DNA of 63,179 bases, filler included, from a bacterium (GCA_043817485.1; 10 parts of 10 records of this genome joined end to end with filler, not necessarily neighbours in it); one strand, 5' to 3'; numbered from the whole stretch's first letter, positions 9,419 through 19,960 are shown. Notes: generated by a model from the sequence alone, not told the origin. Made by a program: numbers and translations.

Positions 9419-9630
9419 TTCTTCCTTCAACAGAAGCCTTAATGCTTCTGTTGCTTCAATTCAGTTGCCCACAAAGAGATGTTGCGTCATCCTTCTCTTT
9501 CCACCGAAGCCTAAAGGCTTCGGTTGCTCACAAGAGTTTGCTTTGCTTCAAAAATATGGCTATCATCCGTTCTTCCTTCAACAGAAGCCTTAAGGCTTCT
9601 GTTGCTAATAATCTCGGTTGCTCACAAACT
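9419..9630. repeat. Cluster of REP-like palindromes
   Basis: TTCTTCCTTCAACAGAAGCCTTAAnGCTTCTGTTGCT at ~9419 and ~9571; ACCGAAGCCTAAAGGCTTCGGTTGCTCACAA at ~9503; partial copy at ~9615. Confidence 0.75.
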
Positions 9631-9631
9631 T

Positions 9632-11197
9632 TTATTTTGCATAATCTACTACTCTAATTTCTCTAATTACAGTTACTTTAATTTGCCCTGGATACTCTAA
9701 TTCCTCTTGTATTTTTTTAGCAATATCTTTTGTTAAAATATAAATTTCTTCATCACTTATTTTTGCAGGATCTATTATTACTCTAACCTCACGACCAGCT
9801 TGAAGAGCATAAGTTTTTTCAACTCCTTTAAATAAATTAACTATTTTTTCTAATTTTTCTATTCTTTTTATATATTTTTCTAATGTTTCTTTTCTTGCTC
9901 CTGGTCTTGACGCTGATAAACTATCAGCTGCTTGAACTAATACTGCTTCGATAGTTTCAGGTTCTTCATCTTCATGATGAGCCATAATAATATTAATTAC
10001 TTTAGCAGATTCTCCATATTTTTTTGCAAGTTGTGCTCCAATAGTAATATGTGTACCTTCTACATCTCTATCTACAGCTTTTCCAATATCATGAATTAAA
10101 GCAGCTCTTTTAGCTAATTTAATATCCACATTTAATTCTCCAGCTAATACTTCAGCTAAATAAGTTACTTCTAATGAATGTTGAAGAATATTTTGTCCAT
10201 AACTTGTTCTATATTTCAAACGACCTAATAATTTTATAAGTTCTGGATGAAGTCCATAAACTCCAGCATCAAAAGCAGCTTTTTCTCCTTCTTCAATAAT
10301 AGATTTTTCCATTTCTTCTGTAACTTTTTTAACTATTTCTTCTATTCGAGTTGGATGTATTCTTCCATCAACAATTAATTTCTCTAATGCAATTCGAGCA
10401 ATTTCTCTTCTCATTGGATCAAACCCAGAAATTACTACTGCTTCTGGAGTATCATCAATAATCAAATCAACTCCTGTTGCCATTTCAAAAGTACGAATAT
10501 TTCTTCCTTCTCTTCCTATTATTCTACCTTTTATTTCATCGCTATTCAAAGGAACTACACATACTGTTGCTTCAGCAACATAAACAGGAGCACATTTAGC
10601 AATTGCTAAAGATAAAACATCTTTAGCTTTTTTCTCTATTGTTTGTTTTGTTTCTACTTCTATTTCTTTAATTTTTTTGGCTGATTCATATCTTGCTTCT
10701 TCAATTAATCCCGAAAGAAGTAATTTTTTAGCTTCTTCACTAGACATTTTTGAAATTTCTTCTAAAACTTTTTTTTGTTGAGTCTTAATAAATTCAATTT
10801 CTTTTTCTGTATCTGTTAAAGTTTTTTGTTTATTATTAATTTCTTTTTCTTTATTTAATATAACAGTTTCTCTTTTTTCTAATAAACTAAGTTTTTTTTC
10901 TAAATTTTCTTCTTTTTGGCCAAGTCTTTTTTCTGAAAAATGTAATTCTTCTTTTCTTGTTTTTGCTTCTTTTTCAAAATCAATTCGAAGTCGATGCAAT
11001 TCATCCTTTATTAAAAGATTAGATTCTTTTCTTTTAATATCAGCTTCTTTTTGTGCTTCTTGAAGAAGATCTTTTGCTTCTTTTTTAATCTGATAAATTT
11101 TAGATTTACCTTGTTTTATTGAAATAAAATAAAAAATAAAATATAAAATGGAACTAACGCAAAAACCTATACCTATGAATAATATCATAATAACCAC
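9632..11197 (-). CDS. rny: Ribonuclease Y
   Basis: N-terminal TM, coiled coil, KH (KGRIIGREGRNIR), HD (IHDIGK). Confidence 0.97.
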   Translation of the reverse strand: MVIMILFIGIGFCVSSILYFIFYFISIKQGKSKIYQIKKEAKDLLQEAQKEADIKRKESNLLIKDELHRLRIDFEKEAKTRKEELHFSEKRLGQKEENLEKKLSLLEKRETVILNKEKEINNKQKTLTDTEKEIEFIKTQQKKVLEEISKMSSEEAKKLLLSGLIEEARYESAKKIKEIEVETKQTIEKKAKDVLSLAIAKCAPVYVAEATVCVVPLNSDEIKGRIIGREGRNIRTFEMATGVDLIIDDTPEAVVISGFDPMRREIARIALEKLIVDGRIHPTRIEEIVKKVTEEMEKSIIEEGEKAAFDAGVYGLHPELIKLLGRLKYRTSYGQNILQHSLEVTYLAEVLAGELNVDIKLAKRAALIHDIGKAVDRDVEGTHITIGAQLAKKYGESAKVINIIMAHHEDEEPETIEAVLVQAADSLSASRPGARKETLEKYIKRIEKLEKIVNLFKGVEKTYALQAGREVRVIIDPAKISDEEIYILTKDIAKKIQEELEYPGQIKVTVIREIRVVDYAK

Positions 11198-11237
11198 CTT
11201 TCTTTAGAATAAATTCTGCTAAAAATAGAAAACAAAT

Positions 11238-12149
11238 TTAAATAAATAAAGCTTCTATAAAAGATTCTGGATTAAAATCTTCTAATGCTTCTTTTTCTTC
11301 TCCTAAACTAATTAATTTTATAGGAATGTTTAACCTTTGCTTAATGGCAATTATAGTTCCTCCTTTAGCTGTACCATCTAATTTAGTTAAAACTAATCCC
11401 GTTACATTCATTTCTTTTTCAAAAAAAATTGCTTGTTCAATTGCATTTTGTCCTGTTGTTGAATCTATCACTAATAAAATTTCTTGAGGTGCTTCTGGAT
11501 ATTTTTTAGCAATTACATTTTTTATTTTTTTTAATTCTTCTAATAAATTTTTTTTATTATGAAATCTTCCAGCAGTATCTATAATTAAAATATCAATATT
11601 TCGAGCAAAAGCAGCACTTAAAGCATCATAAGCCACAGATCCTGGATCAGCCATAGGTAAAGATTTTATAATATCTATATCTAATCTTTTTGCCCAAATT
11701 TCCAATTGTTCACTTGCAGCAGCTCTAAAAGTATCACAAGCAGCAAATAATACTTTATTGCCTTGTTGCTTAAATCTATGTCCTAATTTTGCTATTGTTG
11801 TAGTTTTACCTACTCCATTTACACCTATTACTAAAATAACATTTAAAACACCTTTTTTTAAATTTATATCTGTTTTTCCATTAGCTAAAATATTTAAAAA
11901 TTCTAATTTAAGCAAAGGAAAAAGTTCTTGAGAAATAATTTCTTTTTTTTTAATTTTTTCTTCAATATTATTTATTATTTTTTGAGTTGCTGTTACTCCT
12001 ATATCCATTTCAATAAGTAATTCTTCTAAAAATGCTAATGTATCTAAATCAATATTTTTTTTTAATTGAATAAATTTAAATAATTTTGTTTGAAATTTAT
12101 TTTTAACCTTTTCTAATGAATTTTGTAATCTTTTCCAAAATAATACCAA
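11238..12149 (-). CDS. ftsY: Signal recognition particle receptor FtsY
   Basis: GVNGVGKTTT, DTFRAAA, DTAGR, TKLDGTAKGG. Confidence 0.97.
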   Translation of the reverse strand: MVLFWKRLQNSLEKVKNKFQTKLFKFIQLKKNIDLDTLAFLEELLIEMDIGVTATQKIINNIEEKIKKKEIISQELFPLLKLEFLNILANGKTDINLKKGVLNVILVIGVNGVGKTTTIAKLGHRFKQQGNKVLFAACDTFRAAASEQLEIWAKRLDIDIIKSLPMADPGSVAYDALSAAFARNIDILIIDTAGRFHNKKNLLEELKKIKNVIAKKYPEAPQEILLVIDSTTGQNAIEQAIFFEKEMNVTGLVLTKLDGTAKGGTIIAIKQRLNIPIKLISLGEEKEALEDFNPESFIEALFI

Positions 12150-12174
12150 AAAAATACCTCCAATAATAAGATTT

Positions 12175-12385
12175 ATACCAAGTTACACACAGAAATAAAA
12201 TGTTGCAATCTACTAAATATCGAAATTCGAAACAAATAACTATAAAGAAAATTCGAAATTCGAATGACAGAAATTTCAATGTTCAAAACAATTAAATTTA
12301 AAATAACAAAATTAAAAATTCGAAACAATGAAAAAAACAAATAAAATTTATACCAAATTGCAATCAGAAATAAAAAAAATTTAAA
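12175..12385 (+). repeat. Degenerate MITE-like element: TATACCAAGTT(G/A)CA...GAAATAAAATGTTGCAA end with TTCGAA-rich interior
   Basis: End motif at ~12175 and ~12349; related sequence at 38294-38467. Confidence 0.55.
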
Positions 12386-12433
12386 ATAATAAAAAGTTTA
12401 ATTAATGAATAAAAGTAGTTTTTAGAAGAAATG

Positions 12434-15400
12434 TTAAGAAGCTGATATATTTAGTGGTAGTGTTGTTTCTTGTTCTTTAAATTTAACGGAGATAACTTTT
12501 GAAACACCTACTTCTTCCATCGTTATACCATAAAGAACATTTGCCATTTTCATTGTTTGCTTATTATGAGTAACAATAATAAATTGTGTTTTCTCAGCAA
12601 ATTCTTTAAGCATTTTTGTAAATCGTTGAATATTAGCATCATCCAACGCTGCATCTATTTCGTCAAAAATACAAAAAGGACTTGGTTTTACTTTAAATAT
12701 AGCAAATAATAAAGATATTACTGTTAAAGATTTTTCACCACCAGATAAAAGGGAAATGCTTTGAAGTCGCTTTCCTAATGGTTTAACTAAAATTTCAATA
12801 CCACTTTCTAAAATATTATTTTCATCAATTAAAACTAAATCTGCTACTCCTCCTTCAAATAATTTTTCAAAGATAACAGAAAAATTTGCTTTTATCGCAT
12901 CAAAAGTTTCTTTGAAAACTTTTTTACTTTCTTGATTAATTTTCATAATAATTTTTTCTAAAGATTGACTTGCTGTAATTAAATCTTCTTGTTGTTTAGT
13001 CAAAAATTCATATCTAACTTTTACTTCTTCATATTCTTTTAAAGCATCTGAATTTATACTACCCATTGTTTCTAATTTATTTTTTAAAAACTCTATTCTT
13101 TCTTTTGAAATATCTTCTAAAATCCCATCTTTTTGTAATAATTCTTCTGTTATTTTTTTTATATTTACATTATAAAATTCCAATAATCTATTTTCTAAAT
13201 GGGTAATATGAATTTCTAATTCACTAATTTTAATTTCTAATTCATGAGAATTTGTTTGCGTTTCTAAAAAATCTTTATTAATACTTTTAAATTTATTTTC
13301 TATTATTTCAATTTCTTTTTTACAATTTTCTTTTTCTTGAGAAATAGCCATAAAATAATTTTCTTTTTCTTCTTTTTCTTTTTGAAAATTTAAAACATTA
13401 TTTTCTTTTAATAAATTTTCCAATATTTCTTTTTCTTTATTTCTTTTTTCAATTTCATTTTGTTTATTTTCAATATTTTTTACAATTTCTTCAAATTCAA
13501 AATTTAATTTTTCAAGATTTTCTTCTATTCCTTGTTTTTTTTGAATAAAAATGCTTAAAGAAATTTTCAAATCTTCAATTTCTTTTTGTTGAACAAAAAA
13601 CTCTTTTTCTTTATTTTCAATATTTTCTTTTAAACCTAAAAGCATTTCTTCTTTCTCATCAGAAAAATCTTCCATTTTTTTTAATTCACTTTTTAGTTCT
13701 TCTTCTTTTTTAAATATTTTTTCTTTTTCATTAAATATTTCTTCTTTTTCTTTACTTAATAAAAATATTTCTTCTTTTATTTTTTTTTCTTGCTGCTTAT
13801 TTATTTCTAAATCTTTTTTGCAATTTAGGTCTTTAATTTTTTCTGCATAAAGATCTTGCTGTAATTTTTCTATAGAATTATTTAATTGTTTAAAATTATT
13901 TATTGTTTCTTCTATTTCTTTTTCTTTATTTTCTAATTCTGGCAATAGAATTGATAATTTTGCTTCTAATTCTTCTATTTCTCTTTTTCTTGTTAAAATA
14001 CCACTTGTTTTAAAAACTTCTCCAGCACTAATAATTCCAGGATATTGCCATTTTTCTCCATTTAATTTTACAAAAGTATATTTATATTGAAAAAACAAGT
14101 TTTTATCTATTTGTTTAACTATAACTATTTTATCGAAAAAAAAGTTTATCATATTTTGAAATAAAAAAGATGTTTCAATAAGATTAGAAGCTTGATCAAT
14201 AACTAAATCTGGAAAAGAAAAATCTAAATTCTTTTTAGTATATGTTTTAAAAATCTCTAAAGGAATAAAAGTAATTTTTCCTTTATGTTCTTTTTTTAAA
14301 TATTCTATACAAAATTCTGCATCTTCATAAGTTTCTACTACTATATTTTCTAATTTTTCTCCTAATGCGATTTCTAAAACTTTTTCATAAGACAATTTTG
14401 CTTTTATTAAACTTCCTAATGTTCCTAAAATTTTTACTTTATTTAATAAAAAATCTTGTTTTTTTATTAAAATTTGTTTTACTATTTCTGAATAACCTTC
14501 AAAATTTTCTTCTAAATTTTTCAAATGACCAAGTTTTAAATTTGAAATATTTATAAAATCTTTTTTCTCTCTTACATTTTTTTCTAATTCAATAAGAGTA
14601 TTTGTTTCTTTTTCTTTTGTAATTTTAAGTTCTTTTAAAGATATTTCTATTTTTTCAATATTTTCTTTATTTTCCAATAAATTTAATTCTAAATTCTTTA
14701 TTTTATTTTGAATTAAACTTATTTCTTGTTCTATTTTTTCTTTTTTTAAATCAATTTGAGAAATTTTGTTATCAAAATTTACTTTTGTAATTTTTATTTT
14801 TGTAATTTCATTTTCAATTAAAGCAATATTTGTAACAAATTCTGAAATTTCCTCTTTTATTTTTTCTATTACTTTTTTTTCTTCATTAAAAATTTTATTT
14901 TGAACAGAAATCAACTCTTCTTTTTCTTTAACAAAAGTTCTTTTTTCTTCAATTTCTACAAATAATTTTTCTTTTTCTGTTTTTAAAAGCATTATTTCTT
15001 CACTATATTTTACTTTTTTTTCTTCTAAATTTTTTATTTCTTGTGTAAAATTAGTAACTAGTGAAACAAAATTTTCTACTTTAGTTTTATTTACCATTTC
15101 TTGATTTTTTAATTCTTGTATTTTATTAGATAACTCAAGTATTTTTTTATTTGTTTCTTGTTCTAATTTTTCTTTTTCCAATACATTCATTTTCAAATTT
15201 TCTATTTCTGTTTCAATGGTTCTATTATTAGTTGAAATTTCTATAAGAACATTTTGTTTTTCTAAAAAAGCTGTTTTAAAAGAATTTAAGTTATTTTGCA
15301 TTGAATTATATTCTTTATGACCATTAAATATTTCAATTTTTTTAAGATCTTCTTTAAATGTCATATAACGAACATATTTTTTAGCACCTCTATCAAGAGA

Positions 15401-16009
15401 AATCATTTGAGTTTTTATTTCAGAAATTATATCTGAAACACGATCTAAATTTTCTTTAGTAGATTTAAGTTTTTTAAGAGATTCTTTTTTTCTATTCATG
15501 TACTTCGTTATTCCAGCTACTTCATCAAAAAGATATCTCCTATCTTCTGGGTTAGCAGAAAGAATAGCATCTATTTTTCCTTGTTCAAAAAATGAATAAG
15601 CATTAGTTCCTATGCCAGTATCCATGAAAAGATCTATTATATCTTTAAGCCGACAAGGAACATTATTAATTAAATATTCACTTTCTTCTTCTCTATATAC
15701 TCTGCGAGTAATATTAACTTCTGTATAATCTATTGGCAAAATACGATTGGAATTATCAATACATAAAGAAACTTCTGCCATTCCTAATGGTTTTCTACCA
15801 GCACTTCCATTAAAAATAACATCTTCCATTTTAGTTCCTCTTAAAGATTTCGAACTTTGCTCTCCTAATACCCATTTTATAGAATCAACAATATTACTTT
15901 TTCCACAACCATTAGGACCTACAATAGCAGTAGTTCCTAAATCAAAAGATATTTCTGTTTTATCTACAAATGATTTAAACCCAAATAATTTAATACTTTT
16001 AAAATTCAA
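12434..16009 (-). CDS. smc: Chromosome segregation protein SMC
   Basis: GFKSF, GPNGCGKSN, hinge domain, LSGGEK, DEIDAALD. Confidence 0.97.
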   Translation of the reverse strand: MNFKSIKLFGFKSFVDKTEISFDLGTTAIVGPNGCGKSNIVDSIKWVLGEQSSKSLRGTKMEDVIFNGSAGRKPLGMAEVSLCIDNSNRILPIDYTEVNITRRVYREEESEYLINNVPCRLKDIIDLFMDTGIGTNAYSFFEQGKIDAILSANPEDRRYLFDEVAGITKYMNRKKESLKKLKSTKENLDRVSDIISEIKTQMISLDRGAKKYVRYMTFKEDLKKIEIFNGHKEYNSMQNNLNSFKTAFLEKQNVLIEISTNNRTIETEIENLKMNVLEKEKLEQETNKKILELSNKIQELKNQEMVNKTKVENFVSLVTNFTQEIKNLEEKKVKYSEEIMLLKTEKEKLFVEIEEKRTFVKEKEELISVQNKIFNEEKKVIEKIKEEISEFVTNIALIENEITKIKITKVNFDNKISQIDLKKEKIEQEISLIQNKIKNLELNLLENKENIEKIEISLKELKITKEKETNTLIELEKNVREKKDFINISNLKLGHLKNLEENFEGYSEIVKQILIKKQDFLLNKVKILGTLGSLIKAKLSYEKVLEIALGEKLENIVVETYEDAEFCIEYLKKEHKGKITFIPLEIFKTYTKKNLDFSFPDLVIDQASNLIETSFLFQNMINFFFDKIVIVKQIDKNLFFQYKYTFVKLNGEKWQYPGIISAGEVFKTSGILTRKREIEELEAKLSILLPELENKEKEIEETINNFKQLNNSIEKLQQDLYAEKIKDLNCKKDLEINKQQEKKIKEEIFLLSKEKEEIFNEKEKIFKKEEELKSELKKMEDFSDEKEEMLLGLKENIENKEKEFFVQQKEIEDLKISLSIFIQKKQGIEENLEKLNFEFEEIVKNIENKQNEIEKRNKEKEILENLLKENNVLNFQKEKEEKENYFMAISQEKENCKKEIEIIENKFKSINKDFLETQTNSHELEIKISELEIHITHLENRLLEFYNVNIKKITEELLQKDGILEDISKERIEFLKNKLETMGSINSDALKEYEEVKVRYEFLTKQQEDLITASQSLEKIIMKINQESKKVFKETFDAIKANFSVIFEKLFEGGVADLVLIDENNILESGIEILVKPLGKRLQSISLLSGGEKSLTVISLLFAIFKVKPSPFCIFDEIDAALDDANIQRFTKMLKEFAEKTQFIIVTHNKQTMKMANVLYGITMEEVGVSKVISVKFKEQETTLPLNISAS

Positions 16010-16023
16010 AATTAATCCTTTTT

Positions 16024-17229
16024 TTATATACGATGTAATTTTAATTTTACATATTCAGGTAAAGAATCGCCTATTAAAGGTTTTGCATAATCAATAAATT
16101 CTTGTGTTACAAAATTACCTTCTTTATTAATAAAATTATCTGGTAAAATTCTTTCTGCATTTGCAACTTCTTTTAAATCAGCCAAACCAGTTTTACATTG
16201 ATACGGATTATTAGAAACTCTTTCTAAGGTAACCATATAACCGCTTTTATTTTCACACGCTGCTTTTACAGCTTCTTGTCCAACTAAATATGCTTCATTT
16301 ATATCTACATTAGAAGCTACAGGCATAAACATTCTTTGAATAGTGCCAGGTTTATCAGAACGAGCTTTTAATTTTAATTTTTCAGCAACTATTTTACAAA
16401 GAAAATCAGCAACTCCTCCCATTTGTTTATGTCCAAAAGCATCCACATCAACACCTTTTCCAGAAGAAACTAATGTTTTTCCACCTTCTCCTTTAACTCC
16501 TTCACAAACTACAACAACTGCATAACCTAATTTATCATATACTTTTTGAACATCTTGTAAAAAATTATCTATAATTATGGGTCTTTCAGGTAAATAAATT
16601 AAATGAGGAGCATCTGCTTCTGTTTTTTTGCCTAAAACAGAACTAGCTGTAATCCAACCAGCATTTCTACCCATTGCTTCAATTATCTTTACATTATCTA
16701 CTACCCCAATAGCTTCAGTATCTTTACCAGCACTCATTGTAGCAATAGCCATAAAACGAGCAACACTTCCATACCCAGGACAATGATCAGTAAGTCCTAA
16801 GTCATTATCTATCGTTTTAGGAATACCTATTACATTTATTTTATAATTTGATTCTTTAGCAATTTGATTAATTTTATAAGAAGTATCTGCAGAATCATTT
16901 CCACCAATATAAAAAAAGTATCTAATATTATTTTTTTCTAAAATACCTAATATTTTTTTATAATCTTCATCTTTCACTTTGTATCTACATGAACCCAAAG
17001 CAGAAGAAGGAGTATGCATTAATCCTTTAATTATTTGTATGTTTTCTTCTCCTAAATCAGCTATATCTTCTTGTAAAAGTCCTTGTATTCCATGAACCAT
17101 TCCATAAATATTTTCTATTTCTGGATGATTACCTATTTCTTCAATAACTCCAGCTAAACTACTATTTATTACTGCTGTAGGTCCACCAGATTGACCTATT
17201 ATTGCATTTCCTTCTAATATTTCTGCCAT
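16024..17229 (-). CDS. pfp: Phosphofructokinase, probably PPi-dependent
   Basis: QSGGPT; GGNDS with Asp at the donor-specificity position; PKTIDND; MGR. Confidence 0.88.
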   Translation of the reverse strand: MAEILEGNAIIGQSGGPTAVINSSLAGVIEEIGNHPEIENIYGMVHGIQGLLQEDIADLGEENIQIIKGLMHTPSSALGSCRYKVKDEDYKKILGILEKNNIRYFFYIGGNDSADTSYKINQIAKESNYKINVIGIPKTIDNDLGLTDHCPGYGSVARFMAIATMSAGKDTEAIGVVDNVKIIEAMGRNAGWITASSVLGKKTEADAPHLIYLPERPIIIDNFLQDVQKVYDKLGYAVVVVCEGVKGEGGKTLVSSGKGVDVDAFGHKQMGGVADFLCKIVAEKLKLKARSDKPGTIQRMFMPVASNVDINEAYLVGQEAVKAACENKSGYMVTLERVSNNPYQCKTGLADLKEVANAERILPDNFINKEGNFVTQEFIDYAKPLIGDSLPEYVKLKLHRI

Positions 17230-17385
17230 TTTTTATCTCCTATAATAAAACAGTTTAAGATTTTTTACTTAAATAACTGTTTTTAATTTTATAATAAAAA
17301 ATATCCTACTTTATTTTTACTTTTCTGTCAAGAAAATGTTTATTTTTGTTGTTCCTAAATAGAAATGTTATTTTCAAAGAAGTAA

Positions 17386-17481
17386 TACCAAATCGCATTT
17401 AAAAGTAAACAGGAAAAGGCGACACCTCATATTAAATTATACAGAGAAGAAGCCAAAATCTAACACAATTAGCATTTTGAA
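17386..17481 (+). mobile_element. ERIC/Correia-like MITE copy (family B), right end interrupted
   Basis: TACCAAATCGCATTTAAAA...AAGGCGAC...GAAGCC...AACACAATTAGCATTTTGAA. Confidence 0.6.
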
Positions 17482-17516
17482 CAGACGATTTAAATCGTCT
17501 GTTCACCATATAAGCA
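17479..17516. repeat. REP-like palindrome (family D)
   Basis: GAACAGACGATTTAAATCGTCTGTTC-ACCATATAAGCA; second copy at 54361. Confidence 0.7.
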
Positions 17517-17518
17517 AA

Positions 17519-17556
17519 AGAGAGCATTATAAGGTGTTCACCTTATAATGCTCTCT
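17519..17556 (-). terminator. Intrinsic terminator downstream of the OmpA-domain gene
   Basis: Perfect 18-bp stem AGAGAGCATTATAAGGTG/CACCTTATAATGCTCTCT, followed by a T-run on the minus strand. Confidence 0.7.
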
Positions 17557-17581
17557 TGCTTATTCTCAAATTATTTTCTTT

Positions 17582-19960
17582 TTATTCATCGCCTAAAATT
17601 AAAAATTCAATTCTTCTATTTAAAGCCCTTCCTTCTTTAGTAGAATTAGAATCCACTGGCATTGATTCTCCACATCCACGAATTATCATTTGTTCTGCTG
17701 AAACTCCAAATCCTTCTACTAAATATTTTTTCACTGAAAGAGCTCTATTTTCTGAAAGTTGTTTATTAGCATCATCTGCACCAGTGCTATCTGTATGCCC
17801 TTGAATTTCTACTTTCATTCGAGAATTTTCTTTTAAAAACAAAGATGCTTTTTCTAAAGATGGTCTTGATTCTGGTTTAATAGTTGCTTTTCCACTATCA
17901 AAATATATTCCTTCTAATTTTATTTTTTCACCTTTTTTAACAATTACAAAATTCTTTTCTGTTATTTTTCCTTCTTCCATTATAAGAGGAAATGACTGAG
18001 AAATATATTTTTCTGCACTTGCAGTAATTGTGTATGTAGATAAAGGCGAAGAAATAACAATTTTATAAATTCCATTTTCATTACACATTACTCCTTCCAT
18101 ATCATCAATATAAACTGTAGCCATTACTGCATTACCAGTTTTTTTATCTGTAACTTTACCAGTAATAATAGTTTTAGATACAGGTCTCATTTCAAAATCT
18201 TTAATAGATATTTCACCTTTTTTAATTACTACAGAAGCTGATTGTTTAACATAACCAGATTTATTTACTTCTACATCTAAAATACCTGTAGGAATATTTT
18301 CTATTTTATAAGTACCTATTCCATCTTTAGTGAAAAGACTTTTTAATCCTTCTATTGAAGGAAAAGAAATAACTGCTTCTTCTATAATTTCACCCGTTTT
18401 AATATCAACTACTCTACCAATTAAAGATCCAATTTCTTTTTCAATAGGTATTAATTCAAAATCTTTAATTGTAGTTTCTTGTTTTTTTATGGCTATTGTA
18501 GATACAGATTTTAAATATCCTTCTTTATTAATTTCTACCACTAAAATACCAGTAGGAAAATTTTCTATTTTAAATGTTCCAGTTTGATTAGTAATAATAG
18601 TTTTTAAATTAGATTCAGGAAAAGAAACTTCTGCTTCTAATGTTTTTTTTGTTTTTGCATCAAAAATTTTTCCAGCTAATGCTCCAATTTCTTGTTCTAT
18701 AGATGCAAGTTTAAATACTTTATTAATTATACCACCTTTTTTAAGTTCTATACTTTCTGCTTGTTTTAAATATCCTTCTTTATAAATACCAATTTCAACT
18801 AATGTTTCTGGAAGATTTTTTAAATTAAGTATCCCTGTATCTGCATTTGTACGAAAAGTTTTTACTATCCCTCTTTCTCCAGAAAAAGAAAGTTCTGCTT
18901 CCAATGGCTCTCCAGTTTTTGCATCTGTTGTTTGTATAATTAAGGTACTTAAAGGTTCTCTATAAGAATAACTCATTAAAGTACAATGAGCTGCCCATTT
19001 TGGAACTACTGCCCAACCAGAGTTAATTTTTAATTCATCACCTGTTAAAGTAGAAGGAGTATTTATTTCTGGAGATAATCTCCAATCATAAGCCAAATCA
19101 AAATTCATTCCATTAGATTGAATTACTCTAAACCCAGCTGTAATTACAGAATAAACTCCTCCTAAAAGATTATTTTTATCATTTATAAATGTATCTCGTG
19201 TCCATTCAACAAAAGGAGAAAAACTTTTAGTAATAGGAAATTCTGCTCCTAAACCAAGAGAAATTTGATCTGCTAAAGTTTCTTTTCCTAAACGATCATA
19301 ATATCCTAAATTAAAATGATATTTTGCTCTTTCTGAAACAAAAGATATCGGAGTGATAATACCCCATTCATTATTTTGTGAAGTAAAATATCTAAAAATA
19401 CCTCCAGCTCTATACATATTATACTTATCTGCTTCTTTAAAAAAACCTCTTTTGCTTCCAGTAGGAAGAGAAATAAAAGGTTTCAAAGCTATAAAAAAAC
19501 ATCCTTTTTTATAACCAGGATAACTAAATTCTAAACTTATTTGAGTATCTCCTAATTCTGTGCTCATTAAATCTTTTGTTCCAAAATACGAAGAATAAGG
19601 TTTTTCAGATCTGTCTCCACTTTTTTTAATATCATTAGTACTAATCTGATCTCCATAAAAAGTACTTGTTAATCTTATAGCAAGAGTATCACTAATATTA
19701 TAACTTGTTCCTAAAAAAGTGCTTAAAATACAATAATCATCCATAGTTTCTTTTAAATTGTTATCTTTTAAAGAAATATAATTTGCTTTTAGTTTTTCAT
19801 ATGTTCCCCAACAATGAATAGCAATTTGAAAATACCCAGTTTTTTCACTTTCTGCTGAAAAAATTTTTAATATTCCATTTGAACCAACTAAATTGGGTTC
19901 ACTTTTCAAATTTAATAAAAAAGAAAACAAACATAAAATAATTAGTAAAGTTCTTTTCAT
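17582..19960 (-). CDS. OmpA-domain outer membrane protein with carboxypeptidase-regulatory-like repeats
   Basis: Signal peptide; beta-barrel-like N-half; four D.KT...GY repeats; FDSGKA, GHTD, LSENRA, NRRIE. Confidence 0.88.
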   Translation of the reverse strand: MKRTLLIILCLFSFLLNLKSEPNLVGSNGILKIFSAESEKTGYFQIAIHCWGTYEKLKANYISLKDNNLKETMDDYCILSTFLGTSYNISDTLAIRLTSTFYGDQISTNDIKKSGDRSEKPYSSYFGTKDLMSTELGDTQISLEFSYPGYKKGCFFIALKPFISLPTGSKRGFFKEADKYNMYRAGGIFRYFTSQNNEWGIITPISFVSERAKYHFNLGYYDRLGKETLADQISLGLGAEFPITKSFSPFVEWTRDTFINDKNNLLGGVYSVITAGFRVIQSNGMNFDLAYDWRLSPEINTPSTLTGDELKINSGWAVVPKWAAHCTLMSYSYREPLSTLIIQTTDAKTGEPLEAELSFSGERGIVKTFRTNADTGILNLKNLPETLVEIGIYKEGYLKQAESIELKKGGIINKVFKLASIEQEIGALAGKIFDAKTKKTLEAEVSFPESNLKTIITNQTGTFKIENFPTGILVVEINKEGYLKSVSTIAIKKQETTIKDFELIPIEKEIGSLIGRVVDIKTGEIIEEAVISFPSIEGLKSLFTKDGIGTYKIENIPTGILDVEVNKSGYVKQSASVVIKKGEISIKDFEMRPVSKTIITGKVTDKKTGNAVMATVYIDDMEGVMCNENGIYKIVISSPLSTYTITASAEKYISQSFPLIMEEGKITEKNFVIVKKGEKIKLEGIYFDSGKATIKPESRPSLEKASLFLKENSRMKVEIQGHTDSTGADDANKQLSENRALSVKKYLVEGFGVSAEQMIIRGCGESMPVDSNSTKEGRALNRRIEFLILGDE

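Noticed and set aside
9419-9630. Possible CRISPR array (also 57101-57405)
   Set aside because: Only 2-4 units, alternating types, irregular spacing, no cas genes
9297-9657. Two ORFs with a repeated SSFNRSLKASVA peptide
   Set aside because: Translation of the REP-like array, not genes
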